From Hydrolagus colliei (lineage: Eukaryota), in the NCBI GenBank assembly GCA_035084275.1, contig CM068754.1, positions 15,004,001 to 15,068,000 of the forward strand: DNA of 64,000 bases, read 5' to 3'. Within the stretch, counting starts at the first letter, position 1. Every line of letters starts with the position of its first letter. The translations under genes were made by a program, and so were the position numbers. The notes below the pieces were generated by a model. That model had not been told where the DNA came from, ran no database searches, and saw only the letters and a program-made list of their open reading frames with translations. Of the stretch, positions 47,601 through 60,000 are shown in pieces.

Positions 47601-49572
47601 TCCATGGAGAATATTAAGAATTGAGATTTAATTCCAGTTGAAGCTGAATGGCAACATTGGGGTGTATAATGAGCAGAAAACTATAAAAATATATATCTCT
47701 TTTCTTTTAAAAAAAAGTGGTCACAATTCATTTGTAACACATCACTTGTGTGTTTCTGGTTTTTGATATGTGTGAAATAATTACCCCCTCCATATACTAA
47801 TTATATAAGCTTTATCCCAGTAGTCTGGTTTGATGGTTGCACAAACAGATCACCTCAGAATAAAGCTCAACACTCATGATTTCCCCCCAGAGAGATATCC
47901 CAATCTCCATTGGGTTATCAAGAGAAGACTTGTGTATGTAACGAGACACATTGACAAACAAAAGACACATTGAAGACCAAGCCCGGCTGCCCTCACATAA
48001 TCTCTATTACCGTAATCTAGTGGCAGTGGAACTGGGATGAACTCTACACTGAGAATTATTGCATTACATTGAATGATTCTTGCAGGAGGCAGAGAAAAAA
48101 AAGAGGAAACAATATTTTTAGATATATTTAAACAAAGTACAGTAAATGAGTAGATTGCTAGTAGATATATAATAAGAGAACGTTACTTACCCTATATTCT
48201 TTGGAGACGGATTCTGACATCGCAGAGGTACCCGGAAACTGTGTTGAGATTGTAGCAGCTATAAGTTGTTTACACCATTCAACATGAGATCCTGAAGGGC
48301 TGCATTAAAAAAAATGATATTTTCCCCAATCCTACAATTGCAAATGTATCTACCTATATATTGTGGATTGAATTATGCTTTGAAACAAATTCACTGCTCC
48401 TTTGATAAAATAACTTTTAAATTGGATAGTCTTTCATATCGAGGGTCATATCAAAGAGCTTCACAAGATTTTGTATAGAGTTAGTGACTGCATTTTGCAG
48501 ACAAACATGCAGCTATTTTACGCACAGCCATGAAATGAATGACCAATTTTACCTTTTGTTTTGAAGGTATGCTCAAATTGAAAATACTATATGGAATCAA
48601 ATCCTTTTCTGCCCTAACATGAATGCAAATGGGTTGTGCCTTGTCTCAAGAGATTGTAACCCTTGCTCTTCCCCACAAGTTATATCTCCAATACCTCACT
48701 GAATAAACCACTACAATCAAGATTAAGAGAAAAACTAAATTGAATCCACTAGTTAATTTAAAGTCACAAAATATAACCAACCCTCGGAAAGATAACTTTT
48801 TTTCCCCTAGAGCAGAGAGAAAACTAACAACACATGAACAGATGAATCTCCCCTACATTTTTTTTTGAAAATTTACATCAATGCAACTTGGGACTAGTTT
48901 CCATTCGGTGGCCGTTTCCTCCAATGCTATTGCGACTTTTTGCGGTTTTGCGGTGATCTGACAGCGAATATAAACGTCAATCACCAATGACTCAAAAACC
49001 ACACTGCAGGATACACCTTAGAAAAGATGAAGCTTCCCCTACATAAAATAGTCTAATTTCTCATCGAAATGTCTATCGATAAAAATGGGGGGTGGGTGTG
49101 GGGGGTGGATGCAAACTGCAAACTCTCTGTACAACAGAGAAGCAGGTGCGGTGCCCGTCCTACATACAGGGCACAGCAACAAAACATAACGCCACGCCAC
49201 ACAAAGCTTTCATTTATTTAATTTCCTTATTTATTTTACTCAGTGCCAGGGAAGGTGATGAACCTTTTGCTTGATATTGATGCTGTTTTGAGGGGAGGGG
49301 TTTCGGGAGGGGAGGGGGTGGGGGGGTTAATCACCTTTTCCTGGGTGCCTTGAGGTCGGGGGAACTTTTTCATTGGGTGTCAGGAGCTCAATGAACTTTT
49401 ATTAGCTGCCTCACCCCCCCCCCACATCTCTCTCTCTCTCTCCCCACCCGCCCCCAGGCCAGGCCTACTCACTGTACCTGTCCAGCGAATCCACACTCGA
49501 CTGCCTGGAGCCGGTCACAAACTTGGCGGCTTTGGCGGAGGCCGTGTTGTCGGAACTGACGAACTTCTCCAT
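32451..49572 (-). CDS. MTMR1: Myotubularin-related protein 1 (PI3P/PI(3,5)P2 3-phosphatase), complete 15-exon gene, about 650 aa
   Basis: 15 exons with consistent phases total 1953 nt. MTMR1-specific [29 protein letters not shown] and ALRDGNK, intact HCSDGWDRT catalytic loop, C-terminal coiled coil and PDZ-binding end QTTV*. Confidence 0.96.
32869..33066. mobile_element. Tigger/pogo-type MITE, second and longer copy
   Basis: CAGTAAAAGCGGGTTTATCCAG...CCAGATAAACGGGCTTTTACTG, TA flanks, internal similarity to the 11175 copy. Confidence 0.88.
35365..35541 (-). CDS. MTMR1: MTMR1 exon 14 ([12 protein letters not shown]...WNPRMKPQ)
   Basis: tag|...|gtaag, 177 nt. Confidence 0.95.
35892..36005 (-). 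CDS. MTMR1: MTMR1 exon 13 ([12 protein letters not shown]...NCEKQRLDE)
   Basis: tag|...|gtaaa, 114 nt. Confidence 0.95.
36143..36268 (+). mobile_element. SINE 3' fragment in an MTMR1 intron
   Basis: SINE body and tail. Confidence 0.8.
36521..36613 (-). CDS. MTMR1: MTMR1 exon 12 ([31 protein letters not shown])
   Basis: cag|...|gtagg, 93 nt. Confidence 0.95.
36737..36943 (-). CDS. MTMR1: MTMR1 exon 11, catalytic ([13 protein letters not shown])
   Basis: cag|...|gtgagt, 207 nt. Confidence 0.97.
37694..37879 (-). CDS. MTMR1: MTMR1 exon 10 (AKGGGYESE...[11 protein letters not shown]...WLEYIR)
   Basis: tag|...|gtaag, 186 nt. Confidence 0.95.
38325..38513 (-). CDS. MTMR1: MTMR1 exon 9 ([19 protein letters not shown]...ADTNK)
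   Basis: cag|...|gtact, 189 nt. Confidence 0.95.
38825..38974 (-). CDS. MTMR1: MTMR1 exon 8 (GLPNESW...FRARGRIP)
   Basis: cag|...|gtgagt, 150 nt. Confidence 0.95.
39237..39320 (-). CDS. MTMR1: MTMR1 exon 7 (PLFAFKY...[14 protein letters not shown])
   Basis: tag|...|gtgag, 84 nt. Confidence 0.95.
40050..40151 (-). CDS. MTMR1: MTMR1 exon 6 ([11 protein letters not shown]...AFPLSHDL)
   Basis: cag|...|gtgag, 102 nt. Confidence 0.95.
40470..40580 (-). CDS. MTMR1: MTMR1 exon 5 ([18 protein letters not shown]...CGLEIVCK)
   Basis: tag|...|gtaaag, 111 nt. Confidence 0.95.
40987..41081 (-). CDS. MTMR1: MTMR1 exon 4, PH-GRAM ([31 protein letters not shown])
   Basis: cag|...|gtaag, 95 nt. Confidence 0.95.
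41686..41761 (-). CDS. MTMR1: MTMR1 exon 3 ([25 protein letters not shown])
   Basis: tag|...G|gtaag, 76 nt. Confidence 0.95.
42145..42161 (-). other. Candidate 17-nt stop-containing (poison) microexon of MTMR1
   Basis: tag|CATTTTGCTAAGTGAAG|gtaagt; consensus donor and in-frame TGA. Confidence 0.4.
42828..42896 (-). CDS. Candidate 69-nt MTMR1 cassette exon with GC donor ([23 protein letters not shown])
   Basis: cttttcctctgctgaccctgatatgcag|...TTG|gcaagt, phase 0-0, open, locally GC-rich, TGCATG on both sides. Confidence 0.45.
43879..44066 (-). CDS. Candidate MTMR1 alternative last exon encoding a C-terminal transmembrane anchor
   Basis: Open frame [62 protein letters not shown]; AG acceptors give starts at 44066 and 44020; ATTAAA 50 nt after the stop. 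Prediction only. Confidence 0.4.
44308..44338 (-). CDS. Candidate 31-nt MTMR1 microexon ([10 protein letters not shown]+G), phase 0-1
   Basis: ctttactctcccaattaaag|...CTG|gtaaaa; its phase links exon 2 or 2.1 to the 44066 acceptor. Confidence 0.3.
45499..45522 (-). CDS. MTMR1: MTMR1 alternative 24-nt microexon (VCRRPDIR), probable ortholog of mammalian exon 2.1
   Basis: ttttaactgacag|GTTTGCAGAAGGCCAGACATAAGG|gtaagg, phase 0-0; resembles the mammalian insert VYRRPDLR as I recall it. Confidence 0.85.
48191..48299 (-). CDS. MTMR1: MTMR1 exon 2 ([37 protein letters not shown])
   Basis: cag|...AGG|gtaag, 109 nt. Confidence 0.95.
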
Positions 49573-49870
49573 GTCCTTTCGTGGCTGTTTGTTATTATTG
49601 TCGCTGTGGAGTTTGCCGCCGCCGCCGCTGTGCTGCTGTTGTTGTTGTCTGTCTGTCCCTCCCTCCCTCCCCCTCTCTCTCTCTCTCTCTGGAGCCAACA
49701 GCCGCTTCCCCCTTTTCCCGCCGCCGCGGCAACCGTCCAATTCAGGCAGCGGCCATGGCGTCACCTTTCCCACAGTGCCTCGCTCCACAGCTAACTGCGC
49801 CTGCGTAGTAAGTCATCACCCCCCCACCCCCGCCCGCCCCCAATCCACCTGACAGCTGCTGTCACCATCT
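49430..49870 (-). promoter_or_regulatory. MTMR1 CpG-island promoter and 5'UTR
   Basis: CpG/GC-rich island in AT-rich flanks; GC box and CCAAT near 49826-49845; (CT)n and (GCC)n tracts; contains exon 1. Confidence 0.8.
49478..49572 (-). CDS. MTMR1: MTMR1 exon 1 coding part ([31 protein letters not shown])
   Basis: ATG at 49572 within a CpG island, AG|gtacag donor, phase 2. Confidence 0.85.
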
Positions 49871-52800
49871 AGTCTGTTAGCAGAGGTGACTTCCTGTACT
49901 GTACTGTGCCATACATATACATATACCATATGGAACCCTGTTCAGCCAGGTGTCTGATACATGCAGGGACCCATCACCACTTTGCTTAAGGGTATCCAAA
50001 CCCAAGTGAGAATTGCATACATCCCATCCACACATTAAAAATTCCAGAGATCATTGCTCTCTTTTGTGTGTTCTTCGAAGATATACAATATATATGTATA
50101 TATGTATATATATATATATACCACTTTTTAATGCATTTAATTACATTGGGACCAATGAGGCTACATACTGCTATTCAAAGAAACTCTGCACGCTGTTAAG
50201 CATGATACAAGGCACGGGCATGCTTAAGACTTTACAGCAAAATAAAATAAACAGTTGTAATTATTACTTTTTTTTTAATTTTGACAACGGCCAGACAAAA
50301 ACATTGCATTTGACTGTAAAAGGCAAATACTGGTATTGACATAGATCTGTTTTACACACGTGTTTAATTATAAACATTGATTTATCACGGTATCACAGTA
50401 ATGTGTACATGACAGATGAAGTTTACAAAAATGTTCCATTGCAAGTAACCGTCTATTCATTTTAAGTCATTTGTATTTGAATGCTGCACTAATCGAGAGC
50501 ATTAAGTCTTAAATAGGGGGGAGGAGAGAACAAATTATGAAATTATTGCGGACATATTTTGAGTGTAATTAAAAAGCACTGGCAGCAAGATACCTTTGGG
50601 TTCTGGCTTGCCCTCTAATGGAAGTCTTAGAGTCAAGTATAGAAACAGATGAGAAAGATTCCTATGGTGTGAAACCCAACAAATTATGCGCTATCTATAT
50701 TTAAACCACAAGTGTAAGATATGAGAATATTAGTAACAAAGTAAATCTATAAAGGCTGCAATTTACAAGTTGTATTACAGCCAGCAACTATATCATGATA
50801 CTGACTCAAGGGATGATAAATAAAAAGTGTTAAGTTCCATAATCTTCACTGAAATAATATATGAGGTACTTGTGGCAAAAGGAGAAGGCTCCCTGGAGTT
50901 TAATTATGGGTTACACCAAACCCAAAATCAACCACTGAATCTTCCACATCTGCTTAATATACTGTATCTCATCAAACTCAATGGATCACCCTTTACAAGC
51001 ATAATTTACTTCCATATTTATCTAGTTACATTTCTGGAGTTTCCGAATAATTATTTAAAATTTAGGGTTTTGATGGAGGCCACATAAAGCAACAATTCAT
51101 AGTCACAAGGCAATATATTGGAATTTTTCAAATACTTCATTTTGGTCATACTGTGTACAGTAGGTCAGCATTTCAGATCAGTGACAACCTGGAGAGGCAT
51201 CTGAACACAAGGTAAGAGTTTCAATTTGGCCATGAGATACAATTTATAAATAGATTCTATAAGCATCAGCTTTAATGTAACTATTTAAATTATCACCACA
51301 TATATTTTCCCTTTAATTAAGTTTTCACTAATGCTTCATTGCTCACAGAACAAAGGCCTTTCTTTGGTTACTATAACCTGCTAATTAAATGAGAAATAAA
51401 GTAAAAATGATTTGCCCAGTGTTGATTTATCTGTCATTTAGTGACTAATACTCCAAGAATGGAATGTTCTAACAATACACACCACCTTAATTTTCCGAAG
51501 AACAATATTAGTGACTATCCAAATCTAACACTTGTTACGAGATTTGTAAAACTATCAAGTTTTGATCTCAAAATATTGCATTAAAGTAAAATTGCATTTT
51601 TATATCTTTAATTGAGGTAATTATTAACAGCAGCCCAACAAAACTAAAATCCTACAAATAATTGCATGACCAGAGAATCAACGCTGGAAAGACACTTCAC
51701 AACCAATGGATCAAAATGGCAAGGATCTGACTGATAAAGCATTTTGTGACTAATTACCATTTACACCATACTAAATGTTCAGGTCTGAAGAAACTGCAAC
51801 CGTTTTACCCACTGGTTAAACCTGACTAATAGAATGGTGCCCTAACATCAACTTTAAATTCTGACAAGCAACTATTGATTTTAGTTTCAGATTAATGACA
51901 ATTAGGCATATTTACACTCAGGACTTGACAACATAAACAACACAACACAAAGTTCCATTCACACAGACACTACAAATGAATCAAATTGAAAGACAATGTA
52001 CGAGCAGACTTAAATGCACATTTGCATTGCATTTGAAAGCTAGAGCAAAAACAATTCACCTGCTTGAAAGAAGCAATGAACCTTAGATACATATAATCCC
52101 TAGACAAACACAGATCTGAACCAAGCACATTGGCCCAGTGGAATAAGGTACAAATGGCAAGGACCAATAATATACTGTAATTGAATTGATTTAGAATAGT
52201 CCGTTTGAAGCAAATTTGCTCGTGCAGGAAAGCAGGTTAATATTCATATTTGAATCATTGACCTAATTCCATTGTACTGGGGATAACTTTCAAGTCAGAA
52301 CTGATTAGAATTAGAAATTTCCCATTGTTTTGTGCTAGCCTGTTTTAAGATAATGGCAATACAGGAATTTTCACAATGAAGTAATTTCACACTTAATGGT
52401 CCTTATGTAAAATAGTATGACAATTTCTCACTTTACAACATTTGCAAACGATCAAACATTGACCCAACAACACAGAAATTTGAAAACAATAATGTCCAAT
52501 AATGTAAACAGGTGTACTGCATTTTACCGAAAACATTAATCTGAATACAATGTGGATTAGTTACCTTACAGAAATCTGCCATGTGCGTGAACTCATAAAG
52601 TACGTATGAAAGTCAACATCTGAGGACATTGCAGTTATCTTCAGATCAAATGCTATGATCTAAACTAATGGAAACCGATGGTATGTAACTGCTAAAAACT
52701 TAATTATTTCTGATGTTCAAAGTAAAACTAGTCTATGGGACCATCAACATTTGTGCAAAACGGTACATTGCACAGAATACTAGTTGTGATTAGTCTTAAT

Positions 52801-53836
52801 GAGAACAGCTGCTGAAACAATGGAGCTCAGGAGAATCATAAGCATTTCCAATGTATTATTTGTAATTTAGGAAATAAACTGAATTCAAACGCTGTTTAAA
52901 TTCTGCATAACTTTTTTTAATCTTGTATGAACAATGCACAATGGATGGGGGAAACATTCCAGCTATTTATGCAAGTTCATAAATTGCAGCTGAACTCAAA
53001 ACTAAAATCCATAGGAATTCAGATATTCCTAGAGTACCAGGTTTATCCCGATATATTGATATATTTAAGCAAATATTACACTCATAAAATGTGCCAGACT
53101 TCAGATTGTAAATAGGTTAATAGAAATATTGATCCAATCTTATTCAAGTTTTTAATTTTGATAAACAAGATGACAATTGGTAATGCAAAAATAATGAACC
53201 ATCTATCTATATTAGCAGAAAAATACATTTTATTGTTTTTTTTTAGCCTGGTGTACTTTTGTTTGGTGCCCGCCCCAGTGCTCCATTAATAGTACAATGC
53301 AGTACTTTCATACTACTAATTTGGCACTACTTTCAAAGTAGGAAGTAGTTTACAGTTTACAGCAATTTACAGTGCAAGCTACATTAACCTTCGTTGTAAA
53401 AATCAGGATTTCCAGGTCAGCTCTCCAGTAAACTATTCAAGCTTAATAGCTGTCCATCTGGTTTGCACTGCTCACATAGATCGGAGATGAGCAATTCCAG
53501 AGATTTTTGCATTCAGTGATTAATAACATCAACATTACCATCATTCTGCAAAAAGACAAGGTTTTGGAACAGGACATCATCCCTACTTAAATGGTAGCCT
53601 GCTACCATCTAAACTAAGGCACAAACATGATTTAGAATAATATCAAAATAGTTTTAATTAATTTCACTTTTTGCATAAAGAAGCATTATAGCATTGACTC
53701 ATGCAAATAAATCTACATCCCTATCCAGATATTTCCTTTTAACATGCTGCAGCATAATACATATTAATTCCTCAAATAGTCTATAAAGTAATCAATACTA
53801 TAAGCATTCAAAATTATTTTGACAGTCTATATCTTG

Positions 53837-54016
53837 TTAGAGAGTAGTCTGTGAATGGGGTGATACTGGCATTGGAGTAGGTGAAGCTGTTGATTTGGAA
53901 ATGTGGGAAAGAATTTGTTCAGGAGTTTCTGAAATCTCCAGTTCTTCTAGTCTCTTCAGTAACTGCTCTCGTACAGCCAACAACTCCTTGTAACGTTGCT
54001 GAACTGGATCATGCTG
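53837..54016 (-). CDS. MTM1: MTM1 last coding exon ([27 protein letters not shown]...SQTTL*)
   Basis: NAGNAG acceptor aag|CAG| (start 54016 or 54013), TAA ending at 53837. Confidence 0.92.
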   Translation of the reverse strand, partial: QHDPVQQRYKELLAVREQLLKRLEELEISETPEQILSHISKSTASPTPMPVSPHSQTTL

Positions 54017-57000
54017 CTTAAATAGAAAGTATGTTAAAAAAAAAACTGGTCAATGTTTTTGGATCAATTGGTTAAGATTTCACTTTTTAACATGAACAAT
54101 GAATAATGCAGTTCCACTAAAGTTAGTTGCTACTCTTTAAACAAGTTAATAACATTTCTGGGTGAATGTTTAAAAATATACTTATCCCAATAGGATTCAA
54201 GTCTAAAAATCCCAAATTAACCGGTGTTAATATTACCAAGGCAGGGAATTGCTGGTTGAATTGTGAAAACAGCAAGAATGTTATACTATCAGAAATTTGT
54301 ACACAGCAATCTCCTACAAACAACCATGAGGCCTGATGCCTAAAACACTGGAATCAACTCTAAAGGTTATGGGGAGAGAGCTGGGCAGTGGGATTGAGTT
54401 TCTCTTTTCAAAGGGCCAGCACAGACTAGATGGGCCGAATGGCCTCCTTTTGTGCCATAAACTTCTATGATTCTATGAAACTCCCATATCGTTTTTAAAA
54501 TGATCCCATGTTTTAACATCTCACCCAAAAAGAGGCACCTTCAGCTCCACAACATTCCCCCAACGCTTCAGTCAATTCACTTTACAGTATATTCTGTGAA
54601 GCGCTTTGGGGCGTCGATAAGATGTGAAAAGCGCTATATCAAATGCAAGGATTATTATTATCATTAACGCTGCAGTGTGACTCGGAGATTACATCTTTGT
54701 AGCGTCATGTGTACAGCAGTAAAAAAAAATGATCATACCTGTCGCCTGATCCAGGGATTCCACCTGATGTAATAATTGACCCAGAGTTCCAGGTGCCGCA
54801 TGCTGGCGACTGGGTACAGTACATTGTGCTGATCTTTTGTGTAGAAGGGATTGGTGTACTTCTCAAGTTCACTATTTGTATAAGACCACAAGGATATAGT
54901 TCCTTTTCTCACCTCCTTGAAGAAAAACAAATACACTTGAGTTTTAATGATTGTTAGCATTATCATAGTTAACCCCTTGATTTTGAAAATAATCAAACAC
55001 ACAAGGGAGTGAGAACACAAATGTATGGAAAGTTTTGTTTTTAATGATTTCTATACTTTTCTCTCACACATCCTTCCCCCATGCATTCCCACTTTTGTGG
55101 TTTAGAAGAATTATACAGCACCAAACTAAACACCAAACTAAAGTAGGGTTAGTGGGACATGTGCATTAACAGTACACAAAAGTAATTTAGTGAATAGGTC
55201 AATGAAAGCCACATTGCAGTACACAAACCTCCTTCAATCTTTGTTGTTCACAGTTGTAAAGGAAGGTTCCAAATCGACAGCTGTAGAGGTGATCCAGAAT
55301 GGTGATCAAGAAATGCTCATTAAACTGAAAAGCTGTAGGAAACTAAAATCAGAAGATAAAGATAATGAAATACAGATCTCTTAACTTCATTTTAGTACAA
55401 TACTATTCAGTTTTATTGCGCCCTTCACCTAGATTAATGTTTTAGAATGTTTCACGAAAGACAGGGTGAGACATCAAGCAAGGGTTGAGTTTGCTGATTT
55501 GAAGATGGTTGACTGTTAAAGACAGTAACAATGCACATTACACAAGGGCATCTCCTAGTGGTCAGCTATGGAGCCATACTACAGGAAAACGTACATGTCC
55601 TATCAGTTGGGACAATAACATTTTATGCCTTGTGTGAAGTCAGAGTTGCAGGCAAACTAGTATAAGTCACAAATGTCCAATTTAATCAATAATCTACACT
55701 GCATAGGGGTAATTCAATGTAATCGATAAGCACACATGCGGTACTTCGTCACTGGAGCCGGAAACGATAAAATAACGGAGCACAAAGGAGCAGCGTTACA
55801 AGTTAGGAGATGATTAATATGGCAAGTGCAAAGAACTGTTAACAAATTCTAATGCACAACTTTGGCATTTGAATGAATGGAATCCTTTACCTGTTTTGTC
55901 ATTTGCCACACGCAGTCAATGAACTGCAGGAATATAGGAGACCGGTCTGCATCTGCATGGTTCTTATCGCCGTGACCTATTCGCTGAAGAAAGTGAATCA
56001 AATGGTGTTTTGCCAAAAAAAAACATTTGATGGAGGTTCGTTGAAATAAATGCACATGGTCACTGAATTAAACAGTGGATTTACATTCAGCTATTTAAAT
56101 AGGGATAGAGAAAGCATATTTTACTATTCCAGTATATATACATAATATATACACAGACACTGTTACATTATAGCATAGTCAACTGATCTCATCAATCATG
56201 CGAATATTTGGATGAATTAAAAAATGGCCAATTTATGAGTTGTATTTTTTCAAAATGCAAAATTACTGTTTGTAACTGTACTAAGTAAATCAAATTCACC
56301 TTAAATATTTCAAGTGCCTTTTAGGATCAATATTTACTCTACTTCTCATTCCACACTCATGTTAATAGTTGCATATTAATTTTGTGACACCTCTTTGACA
56401 CAAGCAATGGGACAGGAGATAAAAAGATAATATATAATGAATATTTATTGCCACAAAAGGTCTCTGGCAGGTATCATAAATAGTCTCAAGTGTAGGAATT
56501 AAGACAAATAACCTTGAGTTACAGCAGGTTTAATCCAATTAAGACATAATGCATGAAACTTCTTTGATGTGCCTAGATAGTCACTTTCCAACAGCATCAC
56601 CAGCAATGTTTTATGTATACAGCAAAATTGTATTCAGGAAAATGTAATATTGTAAAAAAAATGAATAGCATAAGGCAGTGGTAGACCACCTTTGTGATTG
56701 GCCAATAAAATAATCATAGGAATAACAAAACTGCATAGATTTATGCCGTAAATCAATCAACAAATTTTCCAATCAAGAAACATTTATTTTGTTGGTCAAC
56801 CAAAAAGGTTGGCCCAAAACATTGGCCACCACCGAATGATACGGTATAAATAGACATTCCATGAACCTGATTTTGTTTGTTGTGAATGCTGGAATCACTG
56901 ATACCATTTCTACAGCTATCAGTCAATATGTATTTAAACTCCCTTTTGGTAATAAAATCACTGTTTCCTTGTCAAAACAGCCATCCTGAAATAGAGTAGG

Positions 57001-60000
57001 GTAAGAAGATTTAGATAATGCTGCTGACCACCAGCATTCATTGTGCCTCGGGCATTTTAGAGACAGATGCGATAGCTTTCTACCGTGGGTCACTCTATCA
57101 GATCTGGAGACAATAAAGTAAGGCAGGGTGGACTAGATTCAACATGCATTACCGTTATCTTTATCCAGCAAATCAATCAATATGAAAGCTATTTTCATAA
57201 GTAGCACCATCAGCAGAGTTGCAAAACATCTGCCAGATTTTTGCACCTTACATCAAAATGTAGATTTTTCTACAAATGTGCTACTCCATAAAATAATTAT
57301 TCAAATTTTATACCCATCTACCATTCATCAATGGTCAACGCAAATTGCCATCACCTCATCCTAACCCAACAGTGTATTTTTGCCAGCAAAAAAAGGACTA
57401 TATAAAATATGTATAGTATTGGGGAACCCAGTTAAAGCATCCTAATGTAAGGCATGGCCTCGCTTTTATACATATGGGTTCCCACGTTAAAATATGTCTG
57501 AGTTATCAGGTCATCGCTGATATCAGTTTGCAAACAACTCATAAGTTAAGACATTGTTTCATGTCTCGCTTACAATGCTGTCGTTGAGAAACGCTGGATC
57601 CAGCTACTATAATCTTCAAATCAAATCTGCATAATGGTAGTTTTGAAATTCTTACCATTGCAAATTTGTGACCAAAACTTATCCACTCCTTTTCAATAAG
57701 GACTTCAAAACCTCTTATTGTTCGGTAGTAGCTGTCTAGCATCAGCATCGCAAGTGATGTAAGTTGTGCAGTACGATCCCAACCATCACTGCAATGCACT
57801 AATACAGAATTTTTCCCAGATGAAACCTTGTCCGCGACTTGAATTGCTCCCGTCAGAACAAACTATAAAATAGGAAAAGTTATGTCATGCATTTTCACTA
57901 AAAGTTCAAACACCTATGATTGTTATTTAAAAATTTTGAGTTAACTTAAAAGTGGCTTGATGCCATTCAGAAGTTTCAAAGTTATTTAATAAAATCTTGT
58001 CTCAAATTTCAAAGCTTGCACATAGTTCTGCCCAGCTACAACTAATTACAAACTTCAACTTTAATTTTGTCATGTGATTAGAACCAGACATTTGATAAAA
58101 GCTCAAGAGATATAATTAGATGCCTTTCAATCTTAAAGTCAAAAGTTCACCATCCTACTGGGACATTTATTTTATTCCTGCAGTGAAACACTACCCATAA
58201 ATGCATGGTATAAATAAGCTCATTATTCCTTCCACATAATCAGTAGATTCATAACACTTCTTACCTTAATGTGTTCTAACCAATGTGTTGACTCGAGACT
58301 GGAAAGCCAATGAGATTCTTCCACAGTAGGATAAACAATATCTTTTAATTTCCTCAGTGATTCCCTCATGACGTGAATATTATGAATATCAAGGAAGACA
58401 AGTTCTGCTTTTTGGTAAGCATCATCACCTTCATAACCTCCCCCTGTCGCCTGCAAAAGAAAAGAAAAAAAACTTTCTATACAAAATGGCAAAAACCCAT
58501 ACTCTTGTAATGTATAATATATTCTATATTTTCCCTTTTCTTTGGTTGGTAAGATTACAAACCTTATTTGCCACTGCATTGACACTCGGTCTTGCATCAA
58601 AGATGGTTAATTTCTGAGTCTGGCCATTGGATTCTCTGATAATATCAAGGTATTTTTCATCATCTTTATTGCGTTTGCCACTCATGCCAACCAGTGGCTG
58701 ACTGCAGCGAATAATAACTGCCTGATTTTCTGGATTTATCCAGGATAACACCTTTAAAACAATTGAAAATAAAGTCAGCAATTTTACAGACACAAGTACA
58801 TCTGTACAATGTTTTGCATCATAGATCAAAAAATGACTTACCCCACATACAATGCAACCAGTCTCTGAACTTTATTTAACTCATTACATCAGGTATTGCA
58901 ATTAGTACCATTTAATAAAGTCAATCAAAGGTAATCTGTGGGGATTAGTACCTGGATCACACATTTTAATAACAGAACCTAACAAAGATTACTTTTTTTT
59001 AAAAAAAGATTATTATAAAGGTTGCTTACAATATCAAACATATTTTCTCATGGTTTTGAAAGAACATTTGCAGTTTGAAAGACAAATAGAAACTCATTAT
59101 GAGGCATTAGCAATGTGGATATTTTGACTCCACTCACCGGCAGTCGGGCTTTCGATCTGAAAGCTGACACTTTGCGCAGATCATCATTATTGACACTGGT
59201 TGGAACCCCAAATAATGGTGGATAAGTGTCACACAGCTCATACTTCTGGTTTATGTTAGTGATTTTCCATTTACATTTTTCTTTGAATAACCCCTACCGG
59301 AGTGAAATACAAACAGTTTAAAGAGAAGCAATCATGAAATGTTAAAAGCAGTGTTTTTTAAAAAAAAATTTGGATAGAAAATGAACAACAAGAGGGATGA
59401 ACAATTGTTCCTTTACAATATACAATAAAGAATACAGTTCAATATTTTAAAACTAAATAATTTGTTCTGAAATGCACAGTGACAAAAATGCTTGAAACAA
59501 GTACTGCATGGAGCTGATGTGGAAATCAATTTGAGAAAAAACCCTTCCCTCCCACTTTCATGGTCATTGCACGAATAGAATGAATGGCTTAGTTAATTTC
59601 AATTCATTACTTGAATTAAGAAAACATCCAACCAGCTTCCAATATATTGGACTGTACCAAAATAGCATACAAAAAATATTTGTTGCTATACTATAATTAC
59701 AAACCAAGTATATTATTTGGAAATGTAAAGGAAACTCAAATGTAGTTACTTCAGCTGGCCACATGAGAATGCTAAAGCACCAGAATTATGCCTTCTGAAG
59801 CTTTAATTTAATACGGGAAGTAAAGCCAGGGAGAGTACTTTCACCCAGATATTGAGGAAAACAGAATAGCTACAAAATATCTCTTTACATAGGAATGTTC
59901 AATTTTTCTACATTGTTTCAGACTCCCTTCCTCTCTTCTATCCCTGTTCCAGTGGTGCACATTATTGAAAAACAACATAGTTTAATGGGATTTTTGCAAG

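Noticed and set aside
49523-49852. Plus-strand ORFs resembling signal-peptide proteins
   Set aside because: Antisense of the MTMR1 5'UTR and exon 1; openness is explained by GC-rich simple repeats.
55640-55755. Box C/D snoRNA (GTGACGA...CTGA) in an MTM1 intron
   Set aside because: Imperfect C box, negligible terminal stem and no recognisable rRNA guide.
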